Assembly (NCBI GenBank): GCA_963745835.1 | Contig: CAVUZH010000013.1 | Coordinates: 480,001-544,000 of the forward strand | Length of the DNA: 64,000 bases | Origin: an uncultured delta proteobacterium | GTDB taxonomy: Bacteria > Desulfobacterota > Binatia > UBA9968 | Reading direction: 5' to 3' | In this document: positions 1 to 11,001 of the stretch, in pieces | Layout of the letters: the number at the start of each line of letters is the position of its first letter | Position numbering within the stretch: the stretch's first letter is position 1 | Translations under genes and position numbers: made by a program | The notes under the pieces: model-generated | What the model saw: the letters and a program-made list of their open reading frames with translations, nothing else | What the model was told of the DNA's origin: nothing | The model's database searches: none

Positions 1-2808
1 CTCGCGCACTTGCTCGAGTTGGGCCATCAAAGTGTCGAGCTTGGCGCTGGGTTCGGCAACTTTGCTCTTGTCAATCAGACCGGGATGGCAAGCGGCCTGA
101 CGCAGACGCAGCAGCGCCTCGAGCGCCTGGAACTTGACTCGGCTACGGTCTCCATTTTCGAAGTCCTTCAACAACCGCGCACGGTAGTAGGCGCGCAACT
201 CGTCGTACTGTTTTTTTTCGCGCCCCTCCAGATCGCAAAAAATAGTTTGCTCGGTCTTATCCGGAAGCTCGCGCGCCACCTGGCTTTTCGTGCGCCTAAG
301 CACAAAGGGCCGCAGCGCGCGCGCCAACAAACTACGGGTGGCGGGTTCGGGGTTGCGCCCGGCACGGCCAAATACGGTGGCACTGCCGAAGAGACCGGGG
401 TTGAGAAATTCGAACAAACTCCAGAGCTCGCCCAGATGGTTCTCCACCGGAGTGCCGCTCATCGCCAGGCGGTGGTCGGCGCGTAGCAAGCGCGCCGCTT
501 TGGCCGACAATGTTCCGGCATTTTTGATCGCCTGCGCTTCATCAAGAACACAATAGTCGAAACGCTGTGCTTTAAATTCCAAGGCATCGCGCCGAAGCGT
601 GCCATAGGTGGTAATGACAACATCATAGTCGCTGAAATGTTCGCCCGGCTTTGCGCGCAATGATCCGGTATGATCGAGGAATTGCAGTTTAGGCGTAAAT
701 CGCGCGGCCTCTCTCTTCCAATGAAAGACCAGCGAGCGTGGCACCACGACTAATGAAGGCCGCGGCGTTTGACGCTCGCCCCGGGCATACGAGTCGCGAC
801 GCGATTCCAACAACGCTAATACCTGAACTGTTTTGCCGAGCCCCATGTCGTCGGCCAGGCAACCACCCAACCCGAAGCGCTGCAGAAAACCGAGCCAGCC
901 CAAGCCCTCACGCTGATAGTCGCGCAAATGCCCAACGAAGTCGTCTGTCGGATCGGCAGCCTCGAGCCCTGCGAATGAGTAGAGTTCTTGCCGTATGCGC
1001 TCAAACCCGGCATCGACAGCCACATTCTCTTCACTGGCAATTAGCGCATCGATTAAGCCGACTTGCTTTCGGCTAAACCTCAGCTGATCGCCATGCATGC
1101 TGCCCAGGCCGGCCAGCAACCGGTATTTTTCCAGCCAATCTTCCGGCAAAATGCCGATGGTTCCGTCATCGAGGCGGACGGTCTCTTCGCCGCGCTTTAT
1201 GGCGCGCAGCAGTTTCGGCAGCGCCAGTTTGACTTGATCAAATAGGGCGCCGCCCTGAAGCTCAAACCAATCAACTCCCGATTTAACATTGAGACGCAGG
1301 GCGCTCGCCGGACGATAAATTTTCCCTTCGGCCTCGACGCGCCAGCCGGCGCCGCTTAGCGCGCGCACGACGCTTGGAAGACGATCCGGTGAGAATTCGA
1401 ATTCGCTCTCAGAGCCGGGCCAATGCCGCCGGCGAAAGCCAAGCTCTTTCAAGCGATTCACCGCCGCATCTTCCACGGCAAAGTCGCGATTGATCAAACG
1501 GCGACGATTTTGTTGATGTATGGCCTGTCCGGGGTACCTGTGCGGCACCAGGGTGCCATCATACTCAAAAGAAAGATTACCGATCAGACGAGCATTTACC
1601 GATTTGCGCTCACTTGGAGAGCTTATCGTTAAACCCGGATTGGGACGGCAGGTGATTTCTTCGAAGCTAAACTCCTGCGGGAGTTTAAGCCGTGGCCGGC
1701 GCGGCATACGCAAGATCTCATTGACAAATTCATCGCCCTCTGTTTTGGGGACAGACATCGGTCCGTGGTCTCGCAGAAGCTCAATCCAGCTAAACGCGCC
1801 GAAATTGTGCAAACGAGCGATGCGACCGTCATAAACCAGCAGGCCGCCGGCAACGATGAGCTGCGGATTTTTGAGGTCCATCTCTACGTCTTCGCGCCGC
1901 AACACGCCGCGCACGGAGTACTGTTCTCCGGATTTCTCGACGGTCATTTCCACGCCGAAGTCCCAGGGCTCACCTTGGTCCCATACCAGTGGCTGCTGAT
2001 TTTGGTCACTTGAGAGACCGAGTACGAATCGCTCTGTGGCGCACATCAGCGGCAACAGCAGATCCCATGAAGGCTCCGCTAGGCTAAAGGTCGACTGAAC
2101 CGAATCGTAGTACGGCGAGTAACCGTAGCTGGTTTCTTCCCGCGCTCCAGCCAGTAGCGCGAGAATCCGTCTGTCGGCCGGATCGGGGAGAGTAGCGATT
2201 TCGTTGAGGCGGATTTTCTGATTCTTGAGTTTGCCCCAACTGCCATCGGCTTTCCGGGCGCGCTGCGCCACTTGGATCGTCAGCCGTTCGCTGTCGACGC
2301 AACCGCTCATATCGATGGCATAGACGAAGTAGCGCTCGGGGCCGTCATCCAAATTAAACCGGCGATCCTGTGCCGCCATGCCTACATCAAGCCGCTGAAG
2401 TTGCCGCTTCCAATTTACCTCAGGTGAACGCGAGGTTGGGCTCCGCTCAGCTGGATGATAATTAAACAATCCCGGTATCTCTTCTCTAATTTCGCCGGGA
2501 GCGTGATCGCCTAATCCGTCGAGAAAGCCACTTCGCTCGGCTGCCAAAAACACCGCCCATATGTGTTTGCAGGTGACCAACTCTCGGTCGTAGAGGGGGC
2601 AGCTGCACGAGACTTGGAAAAAATCCTGGGCCCGAAGAATGATGACTTCGTAGCGTCGCGTACCTTGGACCGTCGCCGCGACCCGCCAGGCGCTCCCTTC
2701 GATGATGTTGACGGCGCCGTCCAGATAATACCGTTCGCCTCGCTCGCGAAAGGTCCGGCTGACACACCCGGATACTGCTGAGGTTAGGGATTTAAAAGAG
2801 TTTTTCAC
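1..2808 (-). CDS. SWIM zinc-finger + SNF2-family helicase/ATPase; 3' end runs off the window
   Basis: Not in the ORF track, apparently because its stop lies outside the window. Hand translation from GTG 2808 gives SWIM motif VSCSCPLYDRELVTCKHIWAV, Q-motif LRDYQREG, motif I LADDMGLGKTVQ, motif II VLDEAQAIKN, motif III SGTPVENHLGELWSLF and LLRLRQAACHP. Confidence 0.93.
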   Translation of the reverse strand, partial: MKNSFKSLTSAVSGCVSRTFRERGERYYLDGAVNIIEGSAWRVAATVQGTRRYEVIILRAQDFFQVSCSCPLYDRELVTCKHIWAVFLAAERSGFLDGLGDHAPGEIREEIPGLFNYHPAERSPTSRSPEVNWKRQLQRLDVGMAAQDRRFNLDDGPERYFVYAIDMSGCVDSERLTIQVAQRARKADGSWGKLKNQKIRLNEIATLPDPADRRILALLAGAREETSYGYSPYYDSVQSTFSLAEPSWDLLLPLMCATERFVLGLSSDQNQQPLVWDQGEPWDFGVEMTVEKSGEQYSVRGVLRREDVEMDLKNPQLIVAGGLLVYDGRIARLHNFGAFSWIELLRDHGPMSVPKTEGDEFVNEILRMPRRPRLKLPQEFSFEEITCRPNPGLTISSPSERKSVNARLIGNLSFEYDGTLVPHRYPGQAIHQQNRRRLINRDFAVEDAAVNRLKELGFRRRHWPGSESEFEFSPDRLPSVVRALSGAGWRVEAEGKIYRPASALRLNVKSGVDWFELQGGALFDQVKLALPKLLRAIKRGEETVRLDDGTIGILPEDWLEKYRLLAGLGSMHGDQLRFSRKQVGLIDALIASEENVAVDAGFERIRQELYSFAGLEAADPTDDFVGHLRDYQREGLGWLGFLQRFGLGGCLADDMGLGKTVQVLALLESRRDSYARGERQTPRPSLVVVPRSLVFHWKREAARFTPKLQFLDHTGSLRAKPGEHFSDYDVVITTYGTLRRDALEFKAQRFDYCVLDEAQAIKNAGTLSAKAARLLRADHRLAMSGTPVENHLGELWSLFEFLNPGLFGSATVFGRAGRNPEPATRSLLARALRPFVLRRTKSQVARELPDKTEQTIFCDLEGREKKQYDELRAYYRARLLKDFENGDRSRVKFQALEALLRLRQAACHPGLIDKSKVAEPSAKLDTLMAQLEQVRE

Positions 2809-3253
2809 AATCGATCACTAATTACCGGTCGCCCTGAAACGCTGACGGCGTTGTTGGACGCGCTTTCATCGCGATAAAGTTGCTTGATCGAAGTTGGCAA
2901 AGCCTCATAAGGACGAAGACTTAATGGTATTCGCCGTGATTTGAATGTTCGGCACAGCGCTCGGGTCAATGTCGCAGTCACGTACTGACCTTAAAAGCCA
3001 CCCATCAAGGTAACCTCTGAGATTAACAGCCGCAAGCACGAAACTACAACTCCCCAGCATCTATTTTGGATAGCATGTACCGGGAGACTAACGAGCGATT
3101 ATAGAAAATCCGCTCGCGCCTTGAACCATGCTTTACCTCCGTTGGTGCGGCACGAGCGCTGGCAACGCTAGATTCCGGTCACGGCTCGGCTAGCGCAGCG
3201 TGGAAGGGGTACTCAATGGATCGGAGGTGTGAGCTGATTGCAAGCGGCTGTCA

Positions 3254-4261
3254 TCAACGCTCTGACAGCACCGCTTTCACAAACCCGCTTTGATCAAGCT
3301 CTCGGACCAGGCGGCTGTCGGAAAAGTCTTCGGGCTTTGCGCCCTTGGCCTTAGGATTTTGTTTCTCCAGCCCCTGTAGCAGGCTGGCGATGCCGCTGAT
3401 CGACGGATACGGCGGAATCGCAAAGTTGGATTTCACCACGGCGTTATAACTCTCTTCGAGGATTTCCCGGTCGTCGGTTCGGAAATATTTGGCCATCGCC
3501 TTTAGAGCAAAGTTCTTGTCCTTCTGCGCTCGCGCCGCGCCCTCGATGTATGCCCGCAAGAAGCGTCTCGCCACATCCTCGTTGGTCTTTAGATACCGCC
3601 GCGTCGTCACCACTCCGTTGATGTGGTATTCCGCATCCAGCTTCGACATATCCAAAAGCTCTTTGAGTTTCACTTTGCGCGCTTGCAGGGTCGCGGGAGG
3701 AGTGATTGCCGCGGCGTGGACCTTTCCTGCCGCCATCGCGGTTACGGTTTCTGCCGGTCCTCCCGTCTGAACCATAGTGATGTCTCGTTCAGGTTCGATC
3801 CCATAGGCGCGCAGTGCGAATCTGGAAGCGAGATCGGAAAGTGTTCCAAACCGGGTTGCGCCAAATACCTTTCCTCTTAGATCCTCCATCCTATCGATGC
3901 CCGGCCGGGCAAAGATCGAGAACAGAAACTTTCGCACGATCGTGGCGATAATCACAGTGTCGGCGCCGGAGAAGTTGGCTTGAATCGAGGCAGCGCCGCC
4001 AAGTTGGATAATCGGCAACTCACCTGCGAGCATCGCCTGAAGAGCCAGCGAACTGCCGGGAATGCTGATCGTCTCGGCATCCAAGCCGTGCTTCTCGTAA
4101 TAGTTTCCCTCCTTGGCAAGCCACATAGTCATCTGCGTCGCCGACGCCGAGCCTCCGCCGAGCCTGAGCTTGTCAAGTTTCCTTTCTTGCGCCGGCGCAG
4201 CGCAAAATAGAGCTAGGGTGATGAACACGGCGCAAGGCAATATCAGGCGATTGATGTTCAT
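3254..4261 (-). CDS. ABC transporter substrate-binding protein, SsuA/NMT1(THI5)-like
   Basis: Signal peptide after MNINR; family-typical LAKEGNYYEKHGLD, DLRGKVFGATRFGTLSD and the DxRLVRELDQSGF tail. Confidence 0.85.
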   Translation of the reverse strand: MNINRLILPCAVFITLALFCAAPAQERKLDKLRLGGGSASATQMTMWLAKEGNYYEKHGLDAETISIPGSSLALQAMLAGELPIIQLGGAASIQANFSGADTVIIATIVRKFLFSIFARPGIDRMEDLRGKVFGATRFGTLSDLASRFALRAYGIEPERDITMVQTGGPAETVTAMAAGKVHAAAITPPATLQARKVKLKELLDMSKLDAEYHINGVVTTRRYLKTNEDVARRFLRAYIEGAARAQKDKNFALKAMAKYFRTDDREILEESYNAVVKSNFAIPPYPSISGIASLLQGLEKQNPKAKGAKPEDFSDSRLVRELDQSGFVKAVLSER

Positions 4262-4364
4262 GTGACTCTCCTTTTCACAGCTACAAGTCGTGCCAAAATA
4301 GAGAGACACCAGCCTAGGTGTCAAGCGATCCCGGCTGAGTGGTCGCTCAAGAGAGGCGCAAAGA

Positions 4365-5138
4365 CTATGAGCGGTGGGTCTCTTTTTCTAGAAGCGCCTT
4401 CAAGCTCGCGGCGTTTGTTAGCGCGTGGCCATGCAAATCATTATTGAAATAAACGTAAGCGTCCAGTCCAGATTTTAGATAGCCTTTAATTTCTCGGGCG
4501 TAAACACCAAGGGTTGCGTCATCGTAGTTGCCGTCGTAGCGGCCGCCGTGGAATCGGATGTAAACCCAATCGGCGGTAACCTCTCGGGGGTGCTCGGGGA
4601 TCATGTCGTGGATGCACAAAGCGGCGCGATAGCGACGCAGCACCTCATAAACTTCGTTTATCAACCAGCGCGGATCGCGAAATTCCACCGTCCACCGATG
4701 TCTCCGTGGAGCGGCTGCAAGAAAGTCTGCCAATCGTTCTACGTTGACATTCCATCTTGGCGGCAGCTGGACGAGAATCGGAGCCAAGTGATCCTCAAGG
4801 CGCTCGGCGCGTTCGGTGAATCTACGGATGGTGTCCGCGGCATTCTTTAGTTTCATTACATGCGAACCATAGCGGCTGAATTTCAGGGCGAAACAAAATC
4901 CTTCCGGAGCGCCGGCCCTCCAGGCATCGAAGTAAGTTTCCGGCGGCAGGCGGTAAAAAGTGTTGTTGAGCTCAACCGTGTCGAACTGCGCGGCATAGTA
5001 AGCGAACCATTGCTTGGAAGAAAGATTCTCAGGGTAGAAGATTCCCTTCCAGTGCTTGTAGTGAAAACCGGAGGTGCCTATACGGTAGTGACCGGAGCGT
5101 CTACCGGTCCGGGGTTGCTTTGATGCAAGGTCTGTCAT
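4365..5138 (-). CDS. DUF72 (YecE-like) protein
   Basis: IGTSGFHYKHW, FDTVELNNTFYRLP, LVQLPP, VEFRDPRW, YIRFHG, YVYFNND. Confidence 0.92.
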   Translation of the reverse strand: MTDLASKQPRTGRRSGHYRIGTSGFHYKHWKGIFYPENLSSKQWFAYYAAQFDTVELNNTFYRLPPETYFDAWRAGAPEGFCFALKFSRYGSHVMKLKNAADTIRRFTERAERLEDHLAPILVQLPPRWNVNVERLADFLAAAPRRHRWTVEFRDPRWLINEVYEVLRRYRAALCIHDMIPEHPREVTADWVYIRFHGGRYDGNYDDATLGVYAREIKGYLKSGLDAYVYFNNDLHGHALTNAASLKALLEKETHRS

Positions 5139-5248
5139 CGGCAGAGTTGCCGTTATCTGATCGATGTACTATGGGTCAAAATCTCTACAAAGAGCGTAAC
5201 CTCCACAACGACCGAGTCAACCGAGACTCTCATAGACTGACATAGGGA

Positions 5249-6769
5249 TCATACCGGCGGGTAAACAACTCCTGAGCCGGGACCAAGCGGAATTCCCAGG
5301 AGCAGCCAGGCGATCAGGAGGAGGGTCCAGCCGATGGCGAAGCTAACCGAATAAGGCAGCATCAGCGTCAGCAAAGTTCCAAGGCCGATAGATGGTTGAT
5401 ATTTTTGCGCGAACGCGATGATTAGCGGCATGTAGGGCATGAGAGGCGTGATAATATTGGTAAAGGAATCGCCGATTCGATAAGCGCCTTGGGTCATCTC
5501 AGGAGAGAATCCGAGAATCATCAGCATCGGCACAAACACAGGTCCGATAACGGCCCACTTGGCCGACGCGCTGGCAACAAATAGATCGATGACGGCGCAA
5601 ACAAAAATAAACAAAACTATCAGTGGGATTCCCGACAAGCCCGAGCCACGCAACAAGTCAGCGCCGCTGACGGCCATTATCAGGCCGAGGTTGGACCAGC
5701 CGAAGTAGGCGACAAACTGGCTTGCCGCAAACGCCAAAGCGATGTAGCTCCCCATGGTGCCAAGGGTCTCTTCGATCATGCGCGCGACGTCGCGGTTGCT
5801 TGTGATCGTTCCTGCCGCCAAGCCATACGCAAGCGCCGGCAGCAAGAATCCCACAGCCATCAAAACCACCATACCTTGAAAGAACGGCTCGAGAGTGCCC
5901 TTGGCATCGCGCAAGAGTGCGTCCTCCGGCGTTACCAGGAAGAGCAGTATGACGAGCTCGAAAACGAGAGTGATCCCCGCAGCTTTCAAGCCGTGCTTTT
6001 CTTGAATCCCCAGGACTGCCGAACCGGGCTCCTCTTGCATTCGATACGGACCCAATCTCGGCTCGATAATCCAGTTGGTTACGATCGCACCGATGCCGGT
6101 CAGCAAGAAAGTCGAGCCAATCATGAAGTAGTAATTTGCCGTGGCCGGGACCACGTACTTCGGATCATAGAGTCTCGCTGCCTCCTGGGTAAGGCCAGCC
6201 AGAAGCGGATCGAGCGGCGTGAGAAACAGGTTGGCGCTGAACCCTCCCGATACTCCAGCGAAGGCGGCAGCCAACCCGGCAATCGGATGGCGGCCGACTT
6301 GCGCGAATAGGACCGCTCCAAGTGGTATGAGGATGACGTACCCCGCATCCACCGTGAGACTGGCGTTGACCCCGGCAAATACCAATGCGGTCGTAATCAG
6401 CCAAGACGGCACACTCCGTACGAATCCTTTGAGGGCGGCAGAAAAAAGGCCGCCCCGCTCCGCCACACCTACCCCGATCATCGCGACCAGCACCGTGCCT
6501 AATGGAGCAAAGCCGGTAAAATTTCCCACAGCCTTGGTGATGATGTTCTGGATACCCTGGCGATCGAGTAGGTTAACGGCGGCGATCTGCTTACCCGTCA
6601 ACGGATGAACTACTGCTAGTCCCAGAGTATGGGCGAGGTATGAGATAATCAGAATCATGAGGGAAAAGAGTATAAATAGATTGAACGGATGCGGCAGCTT
6701 GTTACCCCAGCGCTCGATCCTATCGAGCAAGCCTGCGGCAAAGCTTCTCGGACGCAGCTTGGTCACCAT
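5249..6769 (-). CDS. abgT: AbgT-family transporter (p-aminobenzoyl-glutamate/MtrF-like)
   Basis: LDRIERWGNKLPHPF, NFTGFAPLG, GRHPIAGLAAAFAGVSGGFSANL, SASAKW, YRIGDSFTNIITP. Confidence 0.9.
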   Translation of the reverse strand: MVTKLRPRSFAAGLLDRIERWGNKLPHPFNLFILFSLMILIISYLAHTLGLAVVHPLTGKQIAAVNLLDRQGIQNIITKAVGNFTGFAPLGTVLVAMIGVGVAERGGLFSAALKGFVRSVPSWLITTALVFAGVNASLTVDAGYVILIPLGAVLFAQVGRHPIAGLAAAFAGVSGGFSANLFLTPLDPLLAGLTQEAARLYDPKYVVPATANYYFMIGSTFLLTGIGAIVTNWIIEPRLGPYRMQEEPGSAVLGIQEKHGLKAAGITLVFELVILLFLVTPEDALLRDAKGTLEPFFQGMVVLMAVGFLLPALAYGLAAGTITSNRDVARMIEETLGTMGSYIALAFAASQFVAYFGWSNLGLIMAVSGADLLRGSGLSGIPLIVLFIFVCAVIDLFVASASAKWAVIGPVFVPMLMILGFSPEMTQGAYRIGDSFTNIITPLMPYMPLIIAFAQKYQPSIGLGTLLTLMLPYSVSFAIGWTLLLIAWLLLGIPLGPGSGVVYPPV

Positions 6770-7043
6770 CGCCTTTGCATAATACTCTCCGCTTGAATGA
6801 GTCAAGTAGATAGCGCGCCCTGCCCGCTGCCGGGCGCGGACCAGCTCAGCCAGTTGAACGAATGTGATGAATGCATCGATCATCGTGCGGCGATCAATCG
6901 AACAATTCGCGCGTATTGCAGATTTTGCAGCCGCACAGATTCCATCAGGCGCACGACTATCAAGTCGTGGCGGTTCCGGCGCTTCATATGGAGAAAAGAG
7001 CGCTGTTCAGCTTGCCAAAGCTGATTGAAGACCCAGGGGATAA

Positions 7044-9131
7044 ATGTTAGACGGAACACCTATGGCGAAGTACCGAGTAACCGTCGATACCGGAGGAACA
7101 TTTTCCGACTTTGTCTTTTTTAACGAAGAGACCGGCGAAATCAGCATCACCAAGTTGCCGTCAACGCCACGGGAACCATTTCAAGCGGTGTTAAACGGCG
7201 TCAAGGAATTACTCGAACGCGGAGTGGCGGCCCAAGATGTTTCATTTTTCTGCCATGGTACCACCGTCGGCACCAATGCGCTCCTCGAAGAAAAAGGCGC
7301 CAAGACCGGCTTGCTCGTGACCCAGGGCTTTCGTGGCATTTATGAAGTGATGGAGCAAACCCGAGGTTATGGCCCCGCCACCTACGATTTATTTTTTGAA
7401 AAGCCGCGGCTCCTGGCTCCGCCCTTTTATACCGAAGAAGTTCCCGAACGGGTCGACTTTCGCGGCAACGCGTTAAAACCCATCGACGTCGAAGCCGCGC
7501 GCCAAGCGATCAGCCGCTTGAAGAAAAAAGGCGTGCAGTCCGTGGCGGTATGCTTCTTGTTTTCATTTTTAAATCCGGATCATGAGCTCAAGATCAAAGA
7601 GCTCTTCGCCGCAGAATTTCCCCAGGCGCAGCTGTCGCTTTCGTATGAAGTGCTGCCGCAGATTCGCGAGTTCTATCGAATGAGCACCACCATCATCAAC
7701 GCCTACATCCAGCCGGTGATGGCCAACTATTTGGGCAGTCTTGAGAAGCGCATGCGTGAAATGGGGATCACCACGCCCAAGCTCTATATCATGCAATCCA
7801 ACGGCGGCGTTTCGACGTTTGCAGGCTCAGCCAAAAAGCCGGTGGCTACGGTTCTTTCCGGTCCCGCCGGCGGCGTCATCGCTTCAATGGGAACTTGCGA
7901 GCGCGTTGGCATCAACAACATCATCACCTTCGACATGGGCGGTACCAGCTGTGACGTCGCGTTGATTCATCAGGGCAATCCGGTCATCACGACTCAAGGG
8001 AAAATCAATTTGCGGCCAATCGCGCTGCCGATGCTCGATATTCACACAGTCAGCGCCGGCGGCGGCACCATCGCCCGGCTTGACGCGGTTGGCGGTTTAC
8101 AGGTCGGCCCGGATAGCGCCGGCGCCGATCCGGGCCCGGTCTGCTACGACCGTGGCGGCGAAAATATTACCATCACTGATGCCAACATGGTGATCGGTGT
8201 TTTGGACCCTGAACACTTTCTCGGCGGCCGCATGAAGCTTAATAAAGCAAAAGCCCAGCGTCTGCTCGAGGAAAGAATCGCCAAACCTTTGACAATGGAT
8301 TTGATGGAAGCAGCCCACGGGGTACTCGACATCATCAATGCCAAGATGGAAGAGGCGATCAAGGCAGTATCGTCCCAGCGGGGTTATGACATTCGCGATT
8401 TTACTCTAGTCGCCTTTGGCGGCGGCGGGCCCATGCATGCTGGCAGGATGGCTCTGGATTTAGGCATTACTTCGGTGCTGATTCCGCTCACGCCTGGCGT
8501 TCATTCAGCGCTGGGCTTGCTCATGTCCGATGTCAAGCATGACTACGTCCGCTCCAAATTAGTCGGTCTCGATGATCTGGATTTGGACGAGATCAATCGG
8601 ATGTTCGGCCAGCTCATCGATCAAGCAAAAGGCGATCTTCACGGCGAGGGTTTTGGCGACAGCGAAATCAAAATGGAACCCTATCTGGATCTACGCTACG
8701 CCGGTCAGGGTTACGAGCTGACCGTTCCCTGTCCCATGCCGCCGCTGACCAAGGACGACTTAACGCTGATGCGGGCTCGCTTCGATACCGTCCACGAGCA
8801 AAACTCCGGGCATAAAGCCGAGACCGAGCCGGTCGAACTGGTGAGCCTTCGGTTGATTTCACTTGGCATCGTTCCTCAGGCCAAGCTTTCACCCGGTAAA
8901 GTTTCCGGCCGCACGGTCGAACAAGCAACGACGGGAACGCGAAAAGTATTTTTTGGCAAGCAGCACGGGATGTTGAACACCCAGGTATATAGCCGGGAGG
9001 CGCTCGAACCGGGTCACAGGCTCAGCGGTCCGGCAATTGTCGAGCAGTTGGATACGACAACCGTCATTCACCCGGAGCAGGAAGTCACGGTCGACGATTA
9101 CCGAAACCTAATCATGAGAAACAAGCAGTAA
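7044..9131 (+). CDS. Hydantoinase/oxoprolinase family, ATP-binding A subunit (HyuA-like)
   Basis: VDTGGTFSD, HGTTVGTNALLE, SGPAGG, DMGGTSCD, SAGGG, SAGADPGPVCY, FGGGG, LRYAGQGYEL. Start could be 7062. Confidence 0.92.
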   Translation: MLDGTPMAKYRVTVDTGGTFSDFVFFNEETGEISITKLPSTPREPFQAVLNGVKELLERGVAAQDVSFFCHGTTVGTNALLEEKGAKTGLLVTQGFRGIYEVMEQTRGYGPATYDLFFEKPRLLAPPFYTEEVPERVDFRGNALKPIDVEAARQAISRLKKKGVQSVAVCFLFSFLNPDHELKIKELFAAEFPQAQLSLSYEVLPQIREFYRMSTTIINAYIQPVMANYLGSLEKRMREMGITTPKLYIMQSNGGVSTFAGSAKKPVATVLSGPAGGVIASMGTCERVGINNIITFDMGGTSCDVALIHQGNPVITTQGKINLRPIALPMLDIHTVSAGGGTIARLDAVGGLQVGPDSAGADPGPVCYDRGGENITITDANMVIGVLDPEHFLGGRMKLNKAKAQRLLEERIAKPLTMDLMEAAHGVLDIINAKMEEAIKAVSSQRGYDIRDFTLVAFGGGGPMHAGRMALDLGITSVLIPLTPGVHSALGLLMSDVKHDYVRSKLVGLDDLDLDEINRMFGQLIDQAKGDLHGEGFGDSEIKMEPYLDLRYAGQGYELTVPCPMPPLTKDDLTLMRARFDTVHEQNSGHKAETEPVELVSLRLISLGIVPQAKLSPGKVSGRTVEQATTGTRKVFFGKQHGMLNTQVYSREALEPGHRLSGPAIVEQLDTTTVIHPEQEVTVDDYRNLIMRNKQ

Positions 9132-9143
9132 TAAGGCTCCGAC

Positions 9144-9211
9144 GACTGGAACCACTTGAACCATTTGAACTACTAATTCCATCAGTTTCAGTGAGTCCAA
9201 TCGTTCCAGCC
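9144..9211. repeat. T(T/G)GAAC 9-nt-period repeat element, inverted arrangement
   Basis: gactggaac-cacttgaac-catttgaac followed by a degenerate reverse-complement arm agtttcagtgagtccaatcgttccag. Confidence 0.7.
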
Positions 9212-9224
9212 GGATCTACTAGCA

Positions 9225-10973
9225 ATGAGTTCGAAATCTATGAATGTTGATCCAGTAACCCTGCAAGTGATTCAGGCACGTTTGGCCGGCATCGTCCAGG
9301 AGATGCAAAATTCACTCTTTCGCACAGGCTATTCAACGATCATCCGCGAATCCCAAGACGCCAGCTGCGCGATCTTGAATCGCCAGGGCGAAGTCGTCGC
9401 CCAGCATGTGGTATTGCCGCTGCACATGGGCGCATTTCCCGCCTGCGCCGCAGGCATTTTAAAAAATTACAGCGCTGAGGAAATTCACCAAGGTGATGCC
9501 TTCATTACCAATCACCCATATCTCGGCGGCAGCCCTCACGCTCCCGACATGGCGGTGCTGTCGCCAATTTTCTTCCACGACGAGTGGGTCGGTTTTGCGG
9601 CAAATCTCGCGCATAAAAGCGACATTGGCGGTCCCGTGCCGGGAAGCTGCTGGAGCCAGGCTCGAGAGATCTATCAAGAAGGTCTGCACGTTCCGCCGAT
9701 CAAGTTCGTTCACAGATATCAAACCAGTAAAGACATCGAAGCCGTTCTCGGCGCCAACAGCCGCACTCCGGAGCTGGTGGTTGGAGACCTGCGCGGCCAA
9801 GTCGGCGCCGCGCGGCTTGGCGAAAATCGCTTCCAAGAGATGATGGAGCGCTACGGCAAAGAAACGATCCTAAGCTCGTTCGAGCAACTGTTTGCATTGA
9901 CTGAAGCCAAGGTGCGCGCGGAAATCGCCTCCTGGCCCGATGGCACCGGCGAGGGCGAGCGATTCGTCGACAGCGATGGGATCGATCTCGATACGCCCGT
10001 GCGCCTGCATGTGCGCATGGAAAAGAAGGGTCAGGACCTGCTCTTTGACTTTACCGGTTGCGCCGACCAAACCAGAGGTCCGGCGAATATTCGGCCGACC
10101 ATTGTGCGCGCGGCCTGCTGCTATCTTCTCACCTGTCTGGTGGATCCAGCGCTGGCCATCAACTATGGATTGGCAAAGGTCATCAATATCAAAGTTCGCG
10201 AAGGCAGCGTCGTCAACCCGCGCTTTCCCGCGCCGGTAAACACTTATAACCCGACCGTCCATGCGTTGGTGGAATCATTACTGGAAGCGTCAAGCCAGAT
10301 CACGCCCCATAAAAAGGTGGGCGACGGCTGCAGCAGCCGGTCCATCATTATCGGCGGACGCAGTAATAAAACCGGCAAAGGTTACGTGCAGTATGAAATC
10401 TTCGGCGGCGGCTCTGGCGGCCGCAGCGGCAAAGACGGCGTCTCCGGCACCAATGTCAATCAATCCAACGCCAAGATCGCGCCGATTGAAATCATCGAGT
10501 CCGAGTTCTCTACACGTTTGCGAAGATTCCAGCTGATCCCCGATTCGGGCGGCCCCGGAACATTTCGCGGCGGCTTGGGGTTTGTCCGAGAATACGAAGT
10601 CTTGGACAATGACGCGCGTTTCTCCCTGCGATCGACCAAACACACGGTCGCCCCTAAAGGCATTGACGGCGGCGCCAATGGCAAGACCGGTCATTGCACG
10701 TTGAATCCAGGCAAGCCAGACGAGCGGGCGATCCCGTCGCGCTTCTCGGACTACGTACTGCATCCGGGCGATGTTTTTAGCCTGGAAACGCCCGGCGGTG
10801 GCGGACTCGGCGATCCGTTGCAAAGAGATCCTCAACGAGTTCTCGGCGATGTGCGCAACGGTTATGTGACCCGAGAAAAGGCGCGAGAAGTTTACCGAGT
10901 GGCCGTTGATGAAAAAGACAGCGACTTCATCCTCAATGAAGCCGAAACACGCGCGCTACGGAGATCGCGCTAG
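9225..10973 (+). CDS. Hydantoinase B/oxoprolinase family subunit, copy 1
   Basis: EMQNSLFRTGYSTIIRESQDASCA, NHPYLGGSPHAPD, HKSDIGGPVPGS, PIEIIESEF, DSGGPGTFRGGLG, TPGGGGLGDP. Confidence 0.92.
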   Translation: MSSKSMNVDPVTLQVIQARLAGIVQEMQNSLFRTGYSTIIRESQDASCAILNRQGEVVAQHVVLPLHMGAFPACAAGILKNYSAEEIHQGDAFITNHPYLGGSPHAPDMAVLSPIFFHDEWVGFAANLAHKSDIGGPVPGSCWSQAREIYQEGLHVPPIKFVHRYQTSKDIEAVLGANSRTPELVVGDLRGQVGAARLGENRFQEMMERYGKETILSSFEQLFALTEAKVRAEIASWPDGTGEGERFVDSDGIDLDTPVRLHVRMEKKGQDLLFDFTGCADQTRGPANIRPTIVRAACCYLLTCLVDPALAINYGLAKVINIKVREGSVVNPRFPAPVNTYNPTVHALVESLLEASSQITPHKKVGDGCSSRSIIIGGRSNKTGKGYVQYEIFGGGSGGRSGKDGVSGTNVNQSNAKIAPIEIIESEFSTRLRRFQLIPDSGGPGTFRGGLGFVREYEVLDNDARFSLRSTKHTVAPKGIDGGANGKTGHCTLNPGKPDERAIPSRFSDYVLHPGDVFSLETPGGGGLGDPLQRDPQRVLGDVRNGYVTREKAREVYRVAVDEKDSDFILNEAETRALRRSR

Positions 10974-11001
10974 CTGTGCCAATGTTCACCGACAGCTCGG
11001 G

